Shown here piece by piece: positions 37,101 to 43,100 of a stretch of DNA of 64,000 nucleotides. Source of the DNA: Iphione sp. A-MEVVRFRX5 (Eukaryota); the NCBI GenBank assembly GCA_976226885.1, contig OZ320322.1, positions 7,316,001 to 7,380,000 of the forward strand, in the 5' to 3' direction. The position numbers and the translations under genes were made by a program. Position 1 is the first letter of the stretch. Each line of letters starts with the position of its first letter. Under the pieces are notes generated by a model. That model was not told where the DNA came from and did no database searches. It saw nothing but the letters and a program-made list of their open reading frames with translations.

Positions 37101-40100
37101 AAATATTGCACCTCATAGGACAGAGTTCCAGGTGCTGCATCACCTCCACAACCAGACTGTCATTGATGCGGGTGTCGAGACCCTCCATCGAGTCAGAGAC
37201 AAGCCTCGACATGCTATCTTAACTAACCTTCACTAAAACATATATTATTTCAGACACTAACCTTTAAAAATATTGCACCTCATCCGACAGAGTTCCAGGT
37301 GCTGCATCACCTCCACCACCAGACTGTCATTGATGCGGGTGTCAAGATCCTCCATCGAGTCAAAGACAAGCCTCGACATGCTATCTTAACTAACCTTCAC
37401 TAAAACATAGATTACTTCAGACACTAACCTTTAAAAATATTGCACCTCATACGACAGAGTTCTAGGTGCTGCATCACCTCCACAACCAGACTGTCATTGA
37501 TGCGGGTATCAAGATCCTCCATCGAGTCAGAGACGAGCTTCACAGTGCCATCTTAACTAACCTTCACTAAAACATATATTACTTCAGGCACTAACCTTTA
37601 AAAATATTGCACCTCATACGACAGAGTTCCAGGTGCTGCATCACCTCCACAACCAGACTGTCATTGATGCGGGTGTCGAGATCCTCCATTGAGTCAGAGA
37701 CGAGCTTCACCATGCCATCGTAGAAGGTGTCGCAGAACTCTTGGATGTAGTCCTCGTCTGTGTTGGGATCCTGATCTAGGTGACCAGCCCAGGTCGTGTG
37801 GAGAACCTGGGAGGACCAAAGAAAACCATCAAACGTTCTATTTACCTGCACGAAAAGGTGACATGGGTACCTGTCTGTATGTATAGGTGGTAAAGGTAAG
37901 AACACATAATGATCTTTTCAATAGGGAGACACTTTGGAAAATCCTCGGCAGTTTAGCAGTTAGAGACTATTGCTTTGATAAGCCATCACATTATATGTGA
38001 AATGCATTCTTGTTTGTATGATTAACTTACTTTGTCCATTCATTAATCCNNNNNNNNNNNNNNNNNNNNNNNNNNNNNNNNNNNNNNNNNNNNNNNNNNN
38101 NNNNNNNNNNNNNNNNNNNNNNNNNNNNNNNNNNNNNNNNNNNNNNNNNNNNNNNNNNNNNNNNNNNNNNNNNNNNNNNNNNNNNNNNNNNNNNNNNNNN
38201 NNNNNNNNNNNNNNNNNNNNNNNNNNNNNNNNNNNNNNNNNNNNNNNNNNNNNNNNNNNNNNNNNNNNNNNNNNNNNNNNNNNNNNNTACCGCCTCTCTC
38301 TGTCTCTCCCTTTGTCTCTCTGTCTCTTTCTTTGTTTCTCTCTCTGTCTCTTATTAAGTCACACTGTTACTTTACTATTCTACCTGACTTAGTGAGACCT
38401 GCCGGCCGTCCCCTACCTTCATGTTGGCCTCGGCGTTAGTGAAGCGCCGGCGAATCTTGTAGTCCCTCAGCTGTCGCAGTAGTTTCTGTGGCTCCCTGTT
38501 GACCATGGCGGGTCGTTCAGGCGTGGGCGGACCGCGCCCCTCGATCACGTCTATGAAGCGGACGGCCCCCGGCTGGTCCAGGTGCTGCTCCAGGTCGTCG
38601 ACTTGTCGGACGATGGTCAGACAGGTCTGGTTACAATCCTCCCCGGGGGGCATGCCCTCCCGGATCTCATACTCAGTCACTACGGGCAGAGAGGAAGGAC
38701 AGCAAATAATAAATAGATGGTCAGGAATGCAAGGGGAAATGATGATATTTTCATACAGGGGTAGTTCCCCCCAAGGTTGCAGGCCCCTCATACTGGAGGC
38801 TTCCACCTGAGTGGTAACCAGAGTGCTCCACTTGGTTTATGAGTTATAACGTTATGGAGGCTGGGGGAATAATTATATTGTTGTACAGGAGACTGGTCTC
38901 CCAAGATCACAGGCCGCTATACTGGAGGCTTCCACTAGGGTGGTCACCAGAGCGCTTCACTTGGTTTATGAGTTATAACGTTATGGAGGCTGGGGGAATA
39001 ATTATATTGTTGTACAGGAGACTGGTCTCCCAAGATCACAGGCCGCTATACTGGTGGCTTCCACTAGGGTGGTCACCAGAGCGCTTCACTTGGTTTATGA
39101 GTTATAACGTTATGGAGGCTGGGGAATAATTATATTGTTGTACTGGAGACTGGTCTCCCAAGATCACAGGCCGCTATACTGGAGGCTTCCACTAGAGTGG
39201 TCACCAGAGCGCTTCACTTGGTTTATGAGTAATTACATAAGCAAGGTCAGGCGGGGGAAGTGATTCATTTTTGTTTGGGCTTTGCTTTACAAAGATTGTA
39301 AAGTATTTATTTGTCATATTGCAGGGCTGACGCAGCAACATTGTAAAGCATGCTTATATTATCCTTTATGTTCATAAAGAGCAGTTTTACATTTCTTTCA
39401 TACTTTGATTAATTCCTGGTAACATGCAGGATTCAAGAATAACTAAAGATCTTTTTTTACCTTTTATAGCCAAATCATAATTTTTCAGAGGGTTAATTAT
39501 GGTATAAATTATGATAATTCTCAAAAAGAAGATTGAGAATGCTCTGGATCAAGACAGTCTACACCGGGTAACAAACCATCATTTTATTGTTGATACCATA
39601 CTACTTGATATAAATGCCACCAACTGTTAAAGAAAGAAATATTTACTCATATCATATGTACATTTTCACAGCACAAAGATCTGAAGTCTTATTACAATTG
39701 TTTGTAAATTCACCTTCAGAAATAAAATGAATCAAATCAAATCAAATCAAATCAAATCAAATCTCAGCACTCACCTGAGATAAAGTATTTATCACTCTCT
39801 TTAAACGGGAGGAGGTTGCTACACACACAACGAGACACTCCCTGCCTGAGCAGGTCTCGGATCTGCTCAAATGTCTTGTTCCACTGGGCTTGTGCCGCTT
39901 CTGCTCTTTCACGACTTTCCTGAAAATAAAGAGAGAGAGAAAAGTTCAAGCAGGGACCGGACTAGATGAAATAATGTAAGTGTCACTTCTATTTAACATG
40001 CAACGAGATGCCTGAGCAGGTCTTTAATCTGCTCAGATGTCTTGTTCCACTGGGCTTCTCCTGCTTCTGCTATTTCACGACTTTCCTAAAAATTAAGAAA

Positions 40101-43100
40101 TGGAAAAGTTGAAGCAAGGAGTGGAGAGGGTGAAATGAGTATCACTCTCATTTAATGAGTGACTTGACCTGCCTGAGCAAATCCCTAAACTGCTCAAATA
40201 TCTTTTGTTCCCCTAGGTCCACTGTTGTTGTTCTCTCGTGACTTTCCTAAAAATAAAGAGACGGAAAAGTTAAAGCAGCGTGTGGACAGGGTTAAATGAG
40301 CATCGCTTTCAATCAACGTGTGACTGAACCTGCCTGAGCAGACCTTCAACCTCCATCCACTGAACCCTAACTGTACTTAAGGGTTTAATCACGCTAGTTG
40401 ACGCGGGCAACGCCAGATGGCAGTACGGTACCCAGTTCACGAAGTGATGAGACATTTCGCTTAAAAAATGTTTTCAGAATCTCCGCTCACGCACTAGGAA
40501 CTACTTGACTGCAGCGTGTGATGATGATGGTACATTTTTAGCTTGTTTGTAAACATCTAATGTTTAAAAATAAAACTAACCCACACCCACATCTTCCCTA
40601 TATAAGTTGTGGCCTTGTGGGAGTGGTGGTGATGGCGTCACGGTGGCGTTTCTCCGCTTCTCAGAAACGCCACGAACCGGGCCGAATCGGCTCGCTCCAT
40701 GGCGACAAATCTTCCCACAGATTAAAAAACCAAACAATGGCAGGAGAAGCTGAGGAGTACGCGACTCTTCAACGAGGTCCGTACATCCTTAACAGGATGT
40801 ATTGATAAAAAGAAAAAAACAAGCCTCAGTATATTTAAAGACTTCTCAAGCCCACGCACAAGTACCACAGAGATCCAGATAGTGACCAGACCACAGGAGG
40901 GGGTGGGGGGTGGGGTGGGAAGACCCAAGATTTCATAGAACTAAATCACAGAACTAATATAGATCGATCGTAACCAAACCGCAGGGGGGAGGGGGGGATC
41001 TGCACCCCCCCCCCACCCCCGTCGGCTTGCTCTCCTGGGCGGGTGTCGGCTGTATGTCATGCAGTCCTGTCGGTGTTTCCTGTGATGAGAAGCGAGTAAT
41101 GATAAGACGAGGTATTCCTGGATGTTGATTAAATACGAAGGTGATATTTTTTTTGTTATCAGTGCTAGATAAGAATAGTCCTTCTAAGATACGACCACCC
41201 TCGCCCAGTCCCTCCTGATCTATTAAAGCACTAGCTCCGTCTGAGATGACCGCCATTCGACTCGTCAGAGCGCCCCTGGTGGCAACCACCCTCTGTCTAA
41301 GCTTGCTACCTGTATGATCATTCCACCAACTTCACGGTATTCAACGGCTTTCTGGTTATTCCCGACCCAAAAGGGAAAAAAACAGCGATATCCTGATTAC
41401 GGGTCAGGCCTATTGGTCTGATTAAATGTCGGCATTTCAATAAATTCTGAGAAGAGTCGTCTCTAACAGGGCCATCATCCGAAAGTATACCATCCCCCCC
41501 CCAACAAACGGCCCTTCCAGGGCCACCATCCGAAAGGCAACCCGCTCGAGACCAGTGGCGGACTAGAACACCAGCGGCGAACCAGACCTCGACACCGGCG
41601 CACCAGGAGTCCAACAACACAAGCCCCACCAAAAAACGTCAGACACCAAAACTGCCACCATCCCCCACCAAAGAACAACAATGGAGATCAGACGCTCCAA
41701 ATAACAAGGCAATTGTGCTGCCCATTGGGCAAAGCACCTGACTGGCCCCTCCGGGGCCAGCCTAACCAGCTCACGCCACGTCTCTAACATCATGGAAGCC
41801 TGCTACTGCTCGTGGCTTCGTCATATTGAGGAATGGTCACTGAGGTAAGGGCAAGTGACAGGATGCTTAAAATAGTGCTCCAACACAGAAAAGATGTACT
41901 GACAAACAGAGGGGAGCATAGACACAGAAACAGTCAAACAAACAGACGGGGGGGGGGATAGCAAGAGAAACAGACAAAGGCGGGGGCATAGAGACATAAG
42001 CAGACAGACAGACAGAGAGGCAGAGGGGAGGATAGTGAGAGAAACAGACAGAGGGCAGGATAGAGACTGAAACACAGACAGATAAAAGTGAGAATGAGAC
42101 AGAAACAGACATAGGATGGACACAAACAGACAGACAAGCCAACATACAGACAGAGTAGATTACACAGACAGAAACAGAAACAGGCATAGAGGAGATAGAG
42201 AGACACAAACATAGAAGAGAGAGAGAGAGAATGACAGAAAGAGGGGGGCACTGAGACAGATAACAGACAAGGATAGATGGAAACAGACAGACGAGCAGAC
42301 ATACAGAGGGGAGATAGAATGACAGAAACAGACAGGCAGAGGGGTGATGGAGATACAGAGATAGAAACAGGCAGAGACAGAGAGGAGAGGAGGAAATAAG
42401 CAGCAAGAGTGTGTATGTGTGTGTGTGCATGCGTATGCGGGGGAGGGGGTGAGGGTATGGAGGTAACGGGGAACGTAACGATGACCTGACAGAAATATTA
42501 TTTCACATGAACTACACTTGAAGGAAGACGGAAAACTGGGAGATGCTAAGAGCGTGGTCTGTTGGCAGACAACAAGTCTCCGGGTGACTCCACGCAAGAT
42601 CTCTACGGGAAAAAAACACATCTACGACAACAAACAAACAATACTACTACAAGAAACACGCAACCAACAATCCCAACGCAAAATACTTGATCCTTCTTCC
42701 CACACGGTACATACACAACAAACACTACCAGGGCAACAAAATACAGACCGACAGGCTGGTAAAATGACACATCTTCTTAGATGAAGTTCGTGAGAGGGTA
42801 TGTACAGCCAAGTATCATAGCTCCTCCATTACAAACCACCCAACATTTCCAAGCATCCATTACCAACTACCAATCATTTCTACCCAAACACACACAATAC
42901 ACTTCTAGTAAATACTGAATACTCATACACTAGATGAGACCAAATCATGAGAGAAACTCATCATGGCCAGTCCCAGGCTTGGTTTACCATACATGTAAGT
43001 GCTTTAACTGTATATAGTTATACAATTGAACTGGCACACTCGTAAGTTTCCTTCCCATCAGCTTTAAACTCCGAAATATACTATTATACTTCTAACCAAA

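Noticed and set aside
40408-40428. CTCF-like motifs (here, about 2468 and about 41272)
   Set aside because: Short matches, two with a one-base spacing error; expected by chance in 64 kb.
40560-41830. GC-richer intronic block with short ORFs and G/C hairpins
   Set aside because: Probably a decayed repeat, but I found no TIR, LTR, TSD or protein motif to support a call.
41867-42621. Cys/Leu/Ser-rich ORFs here and at 49877-50105, 51513-51999, 54156-54785
   Set aside because: Translations of GA/CT low-complexity tracts.
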